Shown here: positions 1-9,881 of the stretch, piece by piece
Position numbering within the stretch: position 1 is the stretch's first letter
Layout: every line of letters starts with the position of its first letter
Assembly: GCA_964538605.1 (NCBI GenBank)
Contig: CAZIHC010000001.1
Location: 1 to 40,831 of the forward strand
DNA: 40,831 bases
Source of the DNA: an uncultured Herbinix sp.
GTDB taxonomy: Bacteria; Bacillota; Clostridia; Lachnospirales; Lachnospiraceae
Direction: 5' to 3'
Made by a program: the position numbers and the translations under genes
Notes under the pieces: model-generated
Seen by the model: only the letters and a program-made list of their open reading frames with translations
Told to the model about the DNA's origin: nothing
The model's database searches: none

Positions 1-218
1 AAACAGGGTTCTGTAAGATTTTGTAAGGCAATTAAACTTGCAATTTAAACATTTTTTCTTAATGCAAAAAACCGTTTGACTTTTTTTCTTTTTTGATTAT
101 GATAGAGTATAGTGTGTGAATAAGCTTATATTATATACTAATGCGGATTATGAAAAATTCTTATGAAAAACACTAAATATACCGATATCTTATATAAAGT
201 TATTAAAGGAGGTACTTC

Positions 219-1721
219 ATGAAAGCCGGATTTGATCCACAAAAATACATTGAAGAACAAACAAAATATATTTTGGAACGGGTAAACAACTTTGACAAAT
301 TATATTTGGAATTCGGAGGCAAGCTAATCGGTGACAAACACGCAAAAAGAGTTTTACCCGGTTTCGATGAGGACGCAAAAATTAAAATCCTCCAAAAATT
401 AAAGGATCAGGCAGAAATAATAATCTGCGTATACGCCGGCGACATTGAAAGAAATAAAGTCCGAGGAGATTATGGCATTACTTATGATATGGAAGTCCTC
501 CGTTTATTGGATGATTTTCGAAGCTATGATCTTAAGGTAAACAGCGTTGTTATTACCCGGTATAACAAGCAACCGGCAACCAATGTCTTTATAAACAAGC
601 TTGAACGCCGTAACATAAAGGTATACAAACATATGGCAATTCCCGGCTATCCTGCCGATGTAGATACCATTGTCAGTGAAAACGGTTACGGAATCAATCC
701 CTATATTCCTACAACCAAGCCCATAGTAGTGGTAACCGCTCCCGGTCCTAACAGCGGTAAACTGGCAACCTGTTTAAATCAGCTTTATCATGAATACAAA
801 TTGGGCCGCGTGGCCGGATATGCCAAATTCGAAACATTCCCTGTATGGAATCTTCCCCTTAAGCATCCAGTAAATATAGCTTATGAGGCTGCTACAATAG
901 ATTTAAAGGATGTTAATATGATAGATAACTTCCATTTTGAAAAATATAATGAGGTTGCGGTAAATTATAACAGGGATCTGGAAATGTTTCCGGTGGTAAA
1001 AAGAATAATTGAAAGAATTACAGGCAAGTCCGTATACCAGTCTCCAACGGACATGGGGGTAAACAGAGTTGCCTGTGGCATAGTAGATGATGAAGTGGTA
1101 TGTGAAGCTTCAAAGCAGGAAATAATACGCAGGTATTTTGCCACCGCCTGTGATTTCAAAAAGGGATTGCTGGACGAGGATGCTCTTAACCGTATGAAGG
1201 TTATAATGGAAGAGTTAAAATTAAAGCAGGAAGACAGGCGCTGTGTAATGCCCGCCAGAAATTACGCCGCAAAACTTAAAGAAAACTGTCAGGATAACGA
1301 AACCGTCTCCGTAATGGCCTTTGAAATGCACGACGGTAAAATTATAACAGGCCGCAGTTCCTCCACCATGGATTGCTCTGCCGCAGCCATATTAAATGCT
1401 ATTAAGTATCTGGCAGGAATCAGCGATGAAATATATCTGCTTTCACCGCTTATCTTAAATACAATCCGTGATTTAAAGGAAAAAGATCTTAACAGCAAAA
1501 TTTCCCGCCTGAATGTCAATGAAATTTTGATAGCCCTTAGTATTTGTGCGGTTACCAATCCCACAGCACAGCTTGCATATGAGAAATTGTCACTTCTTAA
1601 GGGTGTCCAGGCTCATTGCACTACCATGCTTAACAAAAACGACGAGCAAATATTAAGAAAGCTCGGAATCGACATTACCTGCGATCCTTTCTATCCGTCT
1701 GAAAATTTATATTATGTATAA
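219..1721 (+). CDS. DUF1846 / UPF0371 family protein
   Basis: 500 aa ORF with AAGGAGG RBS; family-typical motifs [54 protein letters not shown]. Confidence 0.85.
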   Translation: MKAGFDPQKYIEEQTKYILERVNNFDKLYLEFGGKLIGDKHAKRVLPGFDEDAKIKILQKLKDQAEIIICVYAGDIERNKVRGDYGITYDMEVLRLLDDFRSYDLKVNSVVITRYNKQPATNVFINKLERRNIKVYKHMAIPGYPADVDTIVSENGYGINPYIPTTKPIVVVTAPGPNSGKLATCLNQLYHEYKLGRVAGYAKFETFPVWNLPLKHPVNIAYEAATIDLKDVNMIDNFHFEKYNEVAVNYNRDLEMFPVVKRIIERITGKSVYQSPTDMGVNRVACGIVDDEVVCEASKQEIIRRYFATACDFKKGLLDEDALNRMKVIMEELKLKQEDRRCVMPARNYAAKLKENCQDNETVSVMAFEMHDGKIITGRSSSTMDCSAAAILNAIKYLAGISDEIYLLSPLILNTIRDLKEKDLNSKISRLNVNEILIALSICAVTNPTAQLAYEKLSLLKGVQAHCTTMLNKNDEQILRKLGIDITCDPFYPSENLYYV

Positions 1722-1747
1722 AATGCTGCGCTAATAATGAACATAAT

Positions 1748-1781
1748 TAAGCCCTGTGGTTTTCATACTCCACAGGGCTTA
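1748..1781. terminator. Hairpin between convergent genes, probable intrinsic terminator
   Basis: taagccctgtgg (1748-1759) / ccacagggctta (1770-1781) perfect inverted repeat. Confidence 0.7.
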
Positions 1782-1891
1782 TAATATTTATAGTCAAATA
1801 TAATATTGATCGGCTTAACAGCAAAGTTTTCTAATTACTTATGATTGCATAGCAAATAAATCCCGAAAAAAACTTAAAATCCGGCAGTAAA

Positions 1892-3307
1892 TTAATCTTT
1901 TAAAGAAATTGCATCCCAAACTTCACTATTAATTACCACATCATAATCCGAGGACCACTGTTCATAAAGTTCGGCAAAAAGCTTGGTGCGCCTTTCTTCT
2001 ATGATTTTCTCCTTGACCTCGGTTGTGGCATCTTCGTTAAAATCAGTTACGCAGTATATAATATGCCATCCGTAATCTGTAGTTATAATGTCGCTTATTT
2101 CTCCGGTCTTTAGGTTAAATGCGGCCTGCTCAAACGTATTACTGAATTCTTCGGGTCCTGTGCCTCTTCCGAAAGTATATTCAATAACCTCATCTTCAGA
2201 ATTGGCTTCCGCAAGAGAGTAAAAGTCTTCTCCGCTTCTTGCCCTTTCAAGCAGGGAAATTACTTTTTGATAAGCCTTTTCCCTTTGCTCAAAAGAAAGC
2301 GGTTTTCTGTTACCTTCGTTATCAAGTTCGGTTCCGTATATCAATATATGCTGTACAGTAATCTGTCTGGATTCATAATCGGATACATTGGTGTCCACAT
2401 CTATGGTCAGGGTTTCAAAAACCTTTTCAGCCAAAAGATTTTCGCTGTACACCTGCTCCAAAAGGTCACGAGTTACCAGGTACCGGTCTATATCGGCATC
2501 AGAAAGCCCTGCAAAATGCTCGGCTGCATAAGAGGCTGCATCTGCTTTTTCCTCATCCGTTAAAGTGATTCCCATTTGCTCGGCTTTATCACGTATTACT
2601 TTAATCTGGGTAATTTGCTTTATAACTTCATCTTTTATATGTTCACCGAAAGTCTTTCCGTCGCCAAAGATGTCCACATTCCAGATATCTTTTCCGTACT
2701 CCGTTTCATACGTTTCCTGTGCGGATTTTAAGTAAACCATAGCCTCGTTGTAATATACCCTTATATCTCCTATCAGGGCAATCAGTTCTCCGGCACTGGT
2801 ATCTTCAGTTACCTGCTGCTTGTCGGATTTAAAATAGTAATAAGACATTTCGGTAACCTTATTTGTATCAATATCAAAGGAAATATAAATTTCACTGTCA
2901 CTGTTTTTGTAAGTATGAGTAACCGAATTTTTCTCCGACTCCAGGGTTTTATTCGTTTCGGCTCCGTAAATCTCTTTAAGCTTATTTTCCGCCTCGGTTT
3001 TATCCATACCTATTTCCACACCAAAAATTTTGTAATTTTTAGCACCGTTAAGAACAATAATGGATGTAATGTCACCTTTAGGCGCAATAAGCTGTAAGGC
3101 TCCTTCCAATTTATAAATACCGTTGCTTTCTTCAACCAGTTCGGTTTTTGTCTTTTTCTCAAAGGTGTTTACAGATTTTCCTTTATAATTAGTCAGTTCA
3201 TAGCTTGATTCGTCTATCCTGCAACCGTTTAAAAGAGGCAGGATAAAAAGTATCAGTAATATGATCTTTAATCTATGGCACATGTTATACATGCAATTTT
3301 TACTCAT
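1892..3307 (-). CDS. PrsA/SurA-like parvulin peptidyl-prolyl isomerase, probable lipoprotein
   Basis: Hydrophobic N-terminus with lipobox-like LNGC; C-terminal rotamase motifs VQHILI, FYSLAEANSED, FEQAAFNLKTGEISDII, YGWHII; lies downstream of mfd as in many clostridia. Confidence 0.85.
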   Translation of the reverse strand: MSKNCMYNMCHRLKIILLILFILPLLNGCRIDESSYELTNYKGKSVNTFEKKTKTELVEESNGIYKLEGALQLIAPKGDITSIIVLNGAKNYKIFGVEIGMDKTEAENKLKEIYGAETNKTLESEKNSVTHTYKNSDSEIYISFDIDTNKVTEMSYYYFKSDKQQVTEDTSAGELIALIGDIRVYYNEAMVYLKSAQETYETEYGKDIWNVDIFGDGKTFGEHIKDEVIKQITQIKVIRDKAEQMGITLTDEEKADAASYAAEHFAGLSDADIDRYLVTRDLLEQVYSENLLAEKVFETLTIDVDTNVSDYESRQITVQHILIYGTELDNEGNRKPLSFEQREKAYQKVISLLERARSGEDFYSLAEANSEDEVIEYTFGRGTGPEEFSNTFEQAAFNLKTGEISDIITTDYGWHIIYCVTDFNEDATTEVKEKIIEERRTKLFAELYEQWSSDYDVVINSEVWDAISLKD

Positions 3308-3536
3308 TTTATGTCCCTCTCATTCAGCTTAACTTTATAACTGTTAAGCTTATTTACTTACATTTGCAATATGTTGTTCTTATCTTGTCCTGTTTATATC
3401 AAAATAAACCTAAGCCTTAGTATGATATTGCTCGCTGCCGCCATATTAACCTTTAGCTTATACGCTAAACTTAAGCAAAGTTTATCCGACTTTTGCGTCC
3501 TGCTTAAATTCATTGTAGATAAGCCCATACCTATTG

Positions 3537-6500
3537 TCAAGATTGCGGAAGTAAAGATTTAAAATCATCAAGCAGTTTCTTGATATTTTCAAATATCCAG
3601 TTGTTATCTGTTTTTCCCTTGGCAGGCTTAGGCAGCTGATAAGTAAAATACGGACTTCCCTGGGCATAAAACTTAAGGCTGTTTCCATACTTCTTAATAA
3701 GTTCCGGTATTTTTGACACGTCCAATTTGGCTTTTGGATACATCATCAGCTTAACCTCGTTGCCTTTTTGCACCAGCCCCTGAACATATACGCTGTGGCA
3801 GTATGCCTTAATCAGGGCGATATTAAGAAGATTGTTAACTGCATTGGGCAAATCGCCGTAACGGTCAACAAGCTCTTCCTGCATATCCATAAGTTCGTCC
3901 TCGGTTTCAATGGCGGCAATTCTCTTATAAACATCCAGCTTCTGTATCTCATTCATAATATAAGTAGACGGTATGAAAGCATCCATTTCCATGTCTACCG
4001 TTGTTTCAAAAAATTCTTCTTCCTCTTCGTCGCCTTTTAAGGATTTTATGGCTTCATTGAGCATCTTGCAATACAAATCATACCCTACGGCATCCATATG
4101 GCCGCTTTGTTCAGGTCCAAGCAAGTTTCCGGCACCGCGAATTTCTAAGTCCCTCATGGCAATCTTAAAGCCGGAACCCAGTTCGGTAAACTCTTTGATG
4201 GCATGAAGCCTTTTTTCCGCCACTTCCTTTAGGACCTTATCCTTTTTATACATTAAAAATGCATAGGCCGTACGGTTTGACCTTCCTACCCGGCCTCTCA
4301 GCTGATAAAGCTGTGACAGGCCCAGCCGGTCGGCATCCTCGATTATTATGGTATTTACGTTTGATATATCAAGGCCTGTTTCTATAATTGTAGTTGAAAC
4401 CAAAACATCGATTTCACCGGATATGAAATCAAACATAATTTTTTCCAAAGTCCGTTCACTCATCTGTCCGTGGGCAACGGCTACGTTTGCTTCAGGCACC
4501 AGCTTTGATACGTTAGCCGCAATTTCATCAATCCCTTGTACCCTGTTATAGACATAGTATACCTGTCCGCCTCTGGCCAGTTCCCTGTTAATGGCCTCGC
4601 GGATTATCTCGTCGTTATGTTCCAATACGTAAGTCTGGACAGGCAAACGGTCCACAGGCGGCTCATCCAGAATACTCATATCACGAATGCCTATAAGGCT
4701 CATATGCAAAGTCCTGGGAATTGGTGTTGCGGTAAGGGTAAGAACATCCACGTCCTTTTTAAGCTGCTTTATTTTTTCCTTGTGGGCAACTCCGAAACGC
4801 TGCTCTTCGTCTATGATTAACAGTCCTAAATTTTTAAAACTTACATCCGATGAAAGAACCCTGTGGGTACCTACAACAATATCCAGAGTCCCGTTTTTGA
4901 GCCTTTCAATAGTCTTTTTTTGCTCGGCAGGGGTCCTAAAGCGGGAAAGCAAACCAATGCTTACCGGATAATCCATCATTCTTTGGACCAGGGTATTATA
5001 ATGCTGTTGTGCAAGAATAGTTGTAGGAACAAGGAAAACCACCTGCTTACTGTCCGCTACAGCCTTAAATGCGGCCCGGATGGCAATCTCGGTCTTACCG
5101 TAGCCTACATCGCCGCAAATAAGTCTATCCATTATGCGGTCGCTTTCCATATCCCTTTTGGTTTCTTCAATGGCTTTAAGCTGGTCTTCCGTTTCCTCAT
5201 AGGGAAATGCTTCCTCAAACTCTTTTTGCCATACGGTATCGGGACTAAACTTAAAGCCTTTTTTCTGCTGCCTGCTTGCATAAAGCTCCACCAGCTCTTT
5301 GGCGATTTCCCTTACCGCTCCTTTTACCCTGGCTTTGGTATGTTTCCACTCGGAAGAATTAAGTTTGTTAAGTTTAGGTTTCCGCCCTTCAGTACCGTTA
5401 TATTTCTGAATCACATCAAGGCCTGTTGCAGGTACATACAACACGCCTCCGTCACCATACTCTATTTTGATATAATCCTTGGTTACCTTATCTACCTCAA
5501 TCTTTTCAATTCCTCTGTAGATACCAAGACCATGATTTTCATGGACAACATAATCTCCCGGAGTAAGGTCAGTAAAACTTTGAATTTTCTGACCGTCATA
5601 TGAGTATTTTTTCTTCTTTTTCTTTTTTTCCGCCCCGAATATATCGCTTTCCGATATTATAACAAATTTGATTAAAGGATATGAAAATCCCCTTTTCAAA
5701 TTGCCGTAAGTTATCATCAGTTCCCCTTCCTGGAGAACCCTGTCTAAATCTTCGCTGTAAAACGGATTAAGATTAAAATCCCTGAGATCTTCGCTAAGGC
5801 GCTTTGCTCTTGTTCTTGACCCGGAAAGAAGTATTACCCTGTATTTGTTTTTCTTCCAATATTCCAGATCTTTTACCAGAACATCAAAATTCTTATGATA
5901 GGAAGAAAGAGACTGGACGGAAAAAACATATTGATTTTTTACGTCTATATAGCTGTTGCGGGGCTCCATAGTGCTTATAAGCAGGGAATTTTTCTTTGAA
6001 AGGATATTTAGGACGTCTTTATAGCCATAAATTACATTCATCTGTCCCGGAAGAATGTAACCTTTTTCAATCCTGCCTATCATACCCTCACGGAACTCAT
6101 TTTCAACCGCTTCTCCTTTTTCAATAAGCCTGCCCGGTTCATCCAAAAAGAAAATGCTGTCCGAGTTGTTAAAGTACTCATAAAAACTCATGGTATTATC
6201 GTAGAAATAATTTATATAGCTTTCAAGGCTTACGGAACCCTGAAAGACCTGTAAATTCTCTTTAAATTCGGCTATAATGCTGCGAATCCTCTCAGCTTCC
6301 TCGGTCTTATTCTGCTGAGTCAGGGTTTTTATATACTGCTTTTCTTCTTCCTCAATTTTCTTCAGGCCCGAAACAAGCTGTTTTTCATCCGGAATAATTT
6401 CTGCGGCAGGATAAATAGTAAGACTATCTACCTGCTCAATTGATCTCTGACTGCTTACGTCAAAGGTACGGATAGAATCTATTGTATCTCCCCACAGCTC

Positions 6501-7073
6501 TATCCGGTATGGCACTTCTTCGGTAAGAGGAAAAATATCTACTATTCCGCCCCTTACGGCAAAATCTCCGGGCGATTCAACCTGTGCCTGTCTTTCATAT
6601 CCGAGCCTTATAAGGGTGGCTTCAAAATCCTTCAGCTTAATTTCCGTATCCATATCAACGGTTATAATCCTTTCCTTGATATGCTGAAGGGGAAGAAGCC
6701 TATCCATTCCGCCGTCCAGGCTCATTATAATTGTCGTATCCTGCTTCTCGATAATCCTTTTAAGTATCTGAAGCCGTTCCCGGACTATGGCTCTTCCGTG
6801 GATATCGGCACTGTAAAAGATAATATCCTTTGACGGATATATGAAAACGTTTTTATCATATAAACGGTAATCTTCATATATTTCTTTGGCTTTCAGCTCA
6901 TTGTAGGTAACGATTACTTTAAATTTAAAGCCTTCGCTAAGGCCGTATATCAGATGGCATTTTTGCGAATCAATACAGCCGGTAATCATTACCGGCAGTG
7001 TCCTCGTTATTATATTTTCCTTTATTTCATTAAATTCTTTTAATTCCTTCAAGGGTTCTGTAAAGGTCTTCAA
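3537..7073 (-). CDS. mfd: Transcription-repair coupling factor
   Basis: 1178 aa; GDFAVRGGIVDIF, GDYVVHENHGLG (RID), GDVGYGKTE (Walker A), DEEQRFG, TATPIPRT, QLRGRVGR, TRG region RDLEIRGAGNLLG. Confidence 0.98.
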   Translation of the reverse strand: MKTFTEPLKELKEFNEIKENIITRTLPVMITGCIDSQKCHLIYGLSEGFKFKVIVTYNELKAKEIYEDYRLYDKNVFIYPSKDIIFYSADIHGRAIVRERLQILKRIIEKQDTTIIMSLDGGMDRLLPLQHIKERIITVDMDTEIKLKDFEATLIRLGYERQAQVESPGDFAVRGGIVDIFPLTEEVPYRIELWGDTIDSIRTFDVSSQRSIEQVDSLTIYPAAEIIPDEKQLVSGLKKIEEEEKQYIKTLTQQNKTEEAERIRSIIAEFKENLQVFQGSVSLESYINYFYDNTMSFYEYFNNSDSIFFLDEPGRLIEKGEAVENEFREGMIGRIEKGYILPGQMNVIYGYKDVLNILSKKNSLLISTMEPRNSYIDVKNQYVFSVQSLSSYHKNFDVLVKDLEYWKKNKYRVILLSGSRTRAKRLSEDLRDFNLNPFYSEDLDRVLQEGELMITYGNLKRGFSYPLIKFVIISESDIFGAEKKKKKKKYSYDGQKIQSFTDLTPGDYVVHENHGLGIYRGIEKIEVDKVTKDYIKIEYGDGGVLYVPATGLDVIQKYNGTEGRKPKLNKLNSSEWKHTKARVKGAVREIAKELVELYASRQQKKGFKFSPDTVWQKEFEEAFPYEETEDQLKAIEETKRDMESDRIMDRLICGDVGYGKTEIAIRAAFKAVADSKQVVFLVPTTILAQQHYNTLVQRMMDYPVSIGLLSRFRTPAEQKKTIERLKNGTLDIVVGTHRVLSSDVSFKNLGLLIIDEEQRFGVAHKEKIKQLKKDVDVLTLTATPIPRTLHMSLIGIRDMSILDEPPVDRLPVQTYVLEHNDEIIREAINRELARGGQVYYVYNRVQGIDEIAANVSKLVPEANVAVAHGQMSERTLEKIMFDFISGEIDVLVSTTIIETGLDISNVNTIIIEDADRLGLSQLYQLRGRVGRSNRTAYAFLMYKKDKVLKEVAEKRLHAIKEFTELGSGFKIAMRDLEIRGAGNLLGPEQSGHMDAVGYDLYCKMLNEAIKSLKGDEEEEEFFETTVDMEMDAFIPSTYIMNEIQKLDVYKRIAAIETEDELMDMQEELVDRYGDLPNAVNNLLNIALIKAYCHSVYVQGLVQKGNEVKLMMYPKAKLDVSKIPELIKKYGNSLKFYAQGSPYFTYQLPKPAKGKTDNNWIFENIKKLLDDFKSLLPQS

Positions 7074-7206
7074 CCGGAATTCCTCCTGTTAGCCGTTATA
7101 TGCTTAAAAATTCCCTTGCATAGTAGTATCCTGAGTATATTCGTTTAAGATAAATTTATAAACTGTGATCTATGCCAAACTATAAAGTCAGGCTCTTGTA
7201 TCGTCT

Positions 7207-7887
7207 TTAATTTTTTTTACGAAGAATCTTTTTTAAAAGGGATTCTTTTGCATCTTCCCGGGCTTCATCGGACGGCCCGGAAACTCCTGATTTGTTCTCT
7301 TTGTTATCTGGCTCTATAGCTGTCTTCTTTTTATTATATTTATTCATGGCAGCATCCATTCCGGAAGTTATAATCATCCGGCAGGCATCCGAAGCATCCT
7401 TTAAAGCCTGTCTTATAGCTTCCTCTTCCTCGGCCTTAAATCTCGACAAAACGTAATCGGCCAGATCCCAATTCTGGGGTTTTGCACCCACACCGATTCT
7501 TATTCTGGGAAATTCATCGGTCCCCAGATGGCTTATAATGCTTTTTATACCGTTATGTCCTCCGGCACTGCCTTTCTTACGAATCCTAAGCTGTCCCACG
7601 TCCAGGCTGATATCGTCATAAATTATAATAATATCCTCGGTGGATACCTTATAATAATCCACCAGTTCCCTTACGCTTTCGCCGCTTAGATTCATATAGG
7701 TAACAGGCTGGGCAAGGATTACTTTTTCACCTTCGATATAGCCCATACCGCATTTAGCCTTATGTTTCATCTGATTTAAAGGAATTCTGTAATCATCCGA
7801 TATCCGTGTAATGGCATCCCAGCCGATATTATGCCTTGTGGCCTGATATTTTTCCGTTGGGTTTCCTAATCCAATTATTATACGCAT
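7207..7887 (-). CDS. pth: Peptidyl-tRNA hydrolase
   Basis: IIGLGNP, TRHNIG, TYMNLSG, GSAGGHNG, DYVL motifs; about 35 aa charged C-terminal extension. Confidence 0.97.
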   Translation of the reverse strand: MRIIIGLGNPTEKYQATRHNIGWDAITRISDDYRIPLNQMKHKAKCGMGYIEGEKVILAQPVTYMNLSGESVRELVDYYKVSTEDIIIIYDDISLDVGQLRIRKKGSAGGHNGIKSIISHLGTDEFPRIRIGVGAKPQNWDLADYVLSRFKAEEEEAIRQALKDASDACRMIITSGMDAAMNKYNKKKTAIEPDNKENKSGVSGPSDEAREDAKESLLKKILRKKN

Positions 7888-8010
7888 GTCCTACCTCTTC
7901 TTATACTAAAAAATCGCATGACAATATATACTTAATGTGCTTGACATTAAGTATATATTATAGTGTATGTACTTTTGTAATATATACCATAGGATTACAG
8001 CTGTTATTAT

Positions 8011-8039
8011 ATTATAACCTTTCAAAAAAGATGTAGCAA
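8011..8039 (-). promoter_or_regulatory. Putative sigma-A promoter of pth-mfd
   Basis: Minus strand TTGCTA-17 nt-TATAAT. Confidence 0.55.
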
Positions 8040-8171
8040 CTTATTAATTAACTTTAAGCCGCTCTGCATTAAAATGACTGTTCCATTAATATAAATATGG
8101 TATATGCTTCAAATAATCACTTATATAATCTTAAATCTGTTAATGAGCGATATAATGAGATAAACAAAGTT

Positions 8172-8264
8172 GTACCCATTCCTTATAGGTATCTTTAAAG
8201 GTATTTGCAGAGTAAAAGCAGGCGCAGGTACGGGGTTTCAATTCCTTATAGGTAGTCTTAATAA
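8172..8264 (-). CRISPR. Degenerate mini-array A (2 repeats, 1 spacer of 33-35 nt)
   Basis: Minus-strand repeats TTATTAAGACTACCTATAAGGAATTGAAAC (8264-8235) and degenerate CCTTTAAAGATACCTATAAGGAATGGGTAC (8201-8172); resemble the clostridial ...CTACCTATAAGGAATTGAAAC repeat family; directly downstream of the cas operon. Confidence 0.75.
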
Positions 8265-8385
8265 TAATGCCGTTATTGCAGTTGGCAATCAGCCTATACC
8301 CTGCATTCTGTTGCAATATATAGGCTAAGCCGGTAAGCCGGGCAAGTATCATACTATAAACTTAAAAAATAACTTATAACATTTC

Positions 8386-9870
8386 CTACAGCATGATAAA
8401 CTTGCAAGTATCAAACAGCTCTTCAATATTAATTCCCTCAAGCAGGCTTAATTTATTAACGTATTCATCCACAACTACTTTGAAATCATTATACTTTTTG
8501 GTATCAATAAATTCATACCCGTGGGCGAAAATACTTCTGTTTCTTGCTTCCACTTTGCTGCGCAGTCTGTTCAATTCCCCAGCTTCTTTTCCGGGTACTT
8601 CAGTTTTAATAATATCATCTTCAAAGGCAGCAAGCAATATAAATCCGGCCAGCAGGCTTATTTTACCGTCTAACTTGCTTAACCTGTTAAACCCTCTTAT
8701 ATTATCAATAATATTGTTTACCTTTTCAAGCAATGTATCCGGATCTATAGAAAACTTGGACAATACGGAATAATCCGCATTTGATGTATCAATGCCATAA
8801 TTCCATAACCGTTTTTGCTCAACTGTTTCAAGTATCCGATACAAAAGCAAGGAAGCCATTTCATACTTTTCCTGTTTTTCTCTTCTTACGGCGTTTTGAT
8901 ACAGGTTGGCAATTAAATATCCTATATTGCCGAATATAGTTTTTTTATGCTCGTAGGTATCGTCATTATTGTGTATCAACTGCAAAACTTTTAAAGCTTC
9001 CAATTGCCGGTCCAACTTTTCCTTATGTTTGCTCAGGATAAAGTTCTTGCTTATTTTTGCCTCTATAGCAGTAATTTCAATACATTTCGACAGATTTTTT
9101 ACTGCGTCATTTATATTCAAACTGTCCCATGAATCATAAGCCCTTGAAAGAAACTTTAAAGCACTGTACTCTTTGACAAAACCGGGTACCTTTTGTTCAA
9201 GTTCATCAAATAATCTGTAAGCGGATATATAATCCATGGAGTTAAACAGAGATATTGCCTGTTCTCTTTTAAGGTCCCCGAATACAGTGTACGGATCATC
9301 GATAAAATAAAGCCGTTCGCTGCCTGGCTTTGGTTTTCTTAGGGTTACTATGTATTCACCCCCTACGTATATAAGTTTTGCGTTTATGGCCGCCCCTGCC
9401 ATGGCACAGCCTGCCGCCATAGACTTTGTTCCGCCAGTAAAATCAACATATATGTTTTTAGGCCTTCCCCATTTTTCATAAATATTTTTAATTTCCTGAT
9501 ACAATACCAGAGGATTTTCCGCATCAATCTGTGAAACTGTATACCGGCTTGGTTTTAGTTTTGTAAATTCTATTACATCATCCAAAAGATGGGCGGTTTC
9601 TGCCGTATGAAGAATAAGTACTTTCTCAGGCTTTAGGGCAGAGATTGAAAATACCAGAGGTTCATAGGATGTACCCAAAGTCAGGATTAATGCATCACAT
9701 TTACCCTCTGTTTTATTAACCTGCAGAAAATATTCAATAAGTACCGGCATCAGTTCGGTTTTGTAATACTCCTCGGCAGCTTTTCTTTGAATTTCATTGG
9801 ACCTGTCCATGTTCTGCCATTTAAGACTTAACTCATTCAGTTTGCTTTCAAGTTCAATCACTAAAGTCAA
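8386..9870 (-). CDS. CRISPR-associated CARF-HEPN protein (TIGR02710-like, Csm6/Csx1-type RNase)
   Basis: CARF motifs LILTLGTSYEP and VDFTGGTKSM; C-terminal HEPN-like RNRSIFAHG; last gene of the cas operon. Confidence 0.85.
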   Translation of the reverse strand: MTLVIELESKLNELSLKWQNMDRSNEIQRKAAEEYYKTELMPVLIEYFLQVNKTEGKCDALILTLGTSYEPLVFSISALKPEKVLILHTAETAHLLDDVIEFTKLKPSRYTVSQIDAENPLVLYQEIKNIYEKWGRPKNIYVDFTGGTKSMAAGCAMAGAAINAKLIYVGGEYIVTLRKPKPGSERLYFIDDPYTVFGDLKREQAISLFNSMDYISAYRLFDELEQKVPGFVKEYSALKFLSRAYDSWDSLNINDAVKNLSKCIEITAIEAKISKNFILSKHKEKLDRQLEALKVLQLIHNNDDTYEHKKTIFGNIGYLIANLYQNAVRREKQEKYEMASLLLYRILETVEQKRLWNYGIDTSNADYSVLSKFSIDPDTLLEKVNNIIDNIRGFNRLSKLDGKISLLAGFILLAAFEDDIIKTEVPGKEAGELNRLRSKVEARNRSIFAHGYEFIDTKKYNDFKVVVDEYVNKLSLLEGINIEELFDTCKFIML

Positions 9871-9881
9871 CCCTTTCTATG

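Noticed and set aside
4863-5603. 246 aa plus-strand ORF and other short antisense ORFs within mfd, cas, PBP and asnS genes
   Set aside because: Shadow ORFs opposite well-supported genes, with no motifs
8291-8330. GTTGCAATATATAGGCTAAGC as a third repeat of array A
   Set aside because: It needs several deletions and a 45 nt spacer; better explained as one arm of the hairpin agcctata...tataggct
8140-8352. 70 aa minus-strand ORF downstream of the cas operon (possible small toxin)
   Set aside because: It runs through both repeats and the spacer of mini-array A, with no convincing RBS or recognisable motif
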